Position numbers and translations under genes: made by a program
Source: Desulfurococcales archaeon
GTDB taxonomy: Archaea; Thermoproteota; Thermoprotei_A; Sulfolobales; NBVN01
Assembly (NCBI GenBank): GCA_015523295.1
Contig: WAKQ01000010.1
Coordinates: 59,021 to 123,020, forward strand
Reading direction: 5' to 3'
DNA length: 64,000 bases
Shown: positions 63,829-64,000 of the stretch, in pieces
How positions within the stretch are numbered: the first letter of the stretch is position 1
Layout: each line of letters opens with the position of its first letter
Notes under the pieces: generated by a model
The model's database searches: none
Told to the model about the DNA's origin: nothing
What the model saw: the letters and a program-made list of their open reading frames with translations, nothing else

Positions 63829-64000
63829 GTGAAGATCGTGACCTTCAAACTAGATGATAAGCTTCTGGAGAAGATCGATCGTATGGCTCAAAGAGAAGGT
63901 ATTTCTCGATCTGAGGTGATTAGGGAGGCGATTATTAACTACCTTAATGGTAACTTAAAGAGGGGGAAAAGAAACTCTATAAGGGTAAAATATGTTGTCC
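63829..64000 (+). CDS. Ribbon-helix-helix (CopG-type) protein, 3' end beyond the window
   Basis: (VKI)VTFKLDDKLLEKIDRMAQREGISRSEVIREAIINYL followed by the basic tail KRGKRNSIRVKYVV. It is a paralog of 38601..38804. GTG at 63838 fits the TATA spacing better than GTG at 63829. The frame is open to the window end. Confidence 0.5.
   Translation, partial: MKIVTFKLDDKLLEKIDRMAQREGISRSEVIREAIINYLNGNLKRGKRNSIRVKYVV

Noticed and set aside
1-64000. Scan for CRISPR arrays, IS elements/transposases, integrases, rRNA, and known defence-system hallmarks
   Set aside because: I saw no regularly spaced direct repeats and no transposase or integrase-like ORFs. I also saw no Cas, restriction-modification, Argonaute, STAND or CBASS-like effector signatures in any frame. 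The window is essentially core chromosome with a few small regulator islets.

Overview
This 64-kb window looks like a chromosomal segment of a hyperthermophilic crenarchaeon, probably Thermoproteales-like. That placement rests on mid-40s % GC by eye, intron-containing tRNAs with encoded CCA, TATA-box/leaderless gene starts, many ribbon-helix-helix regulators, and Thr-rich or TM-anchored solute-binding proteins. All functional calls come from motifs read by eye in the supplied translations. No database search was possible, and start codons are approximate.

The window holds about 62 tightly packed CDS on both strands and 3 tRNAs: Leu-CAA and Pro-UGG (both with canonical 37/38 introns) and Val-UAC. 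I saw no rRNA, CRISPR array, IS element or integrase.

Content is mostly metabolism and transport:
- GltP-type symporter, ThrC, ThiL, and a membrane-lipid pair (Tes-like radical-SAM tetraether synthase next to geranylgeranyl reductase).
- DTD2, PyrH, MeaB, and a divergent PEPCK-like protein.
- An NCS1 permease / DUF917 / hydantoinase-like cluster.
- A Fe/B12-type ABC importer and HtpX.
- A serine-metabolism operon (class-V aminotransferase, SerA-like dehydrogenase, ParB-like protein).
- PyrB and PyrC flanking one of two paralogous three-subunit molybdopterin hydroxylase clusters.
- A Liv-type ABC importer, a NUDIX hydrolase, an ECF transporter and TyrRS.

The observations most worth a second look are:
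1. A 455-aa LAGLIDADG intein sits inside the CX3CX2C motif of the Tes-like gene.
2. A ThrC-like protein lacks the PLP-binding lysine, carries a C-terminal winged helix, and lies directly upstream of an ECF transporter. It may be a vitamin or cofactor sensor.
3. The two otherwise divergent FAD-subunit paralogs share a 141-bp tract (139/141 identical) plus a 30-bp identical patch, which points to gene conversion. One copy is also frameshifted at a C6 run.
4. A 54-bp internal fragment of the DUF917 gene is copied exactly, in inverted orientation, into a non-coding stretch beside tRNA-Val.
5. One intergenic region holds two divergent candidate C/D-box sRNAs, and one guide matches the tRNA-Val D-loop.
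6. A perfect 24-bp palindrome lies between two divergent RHH genes.
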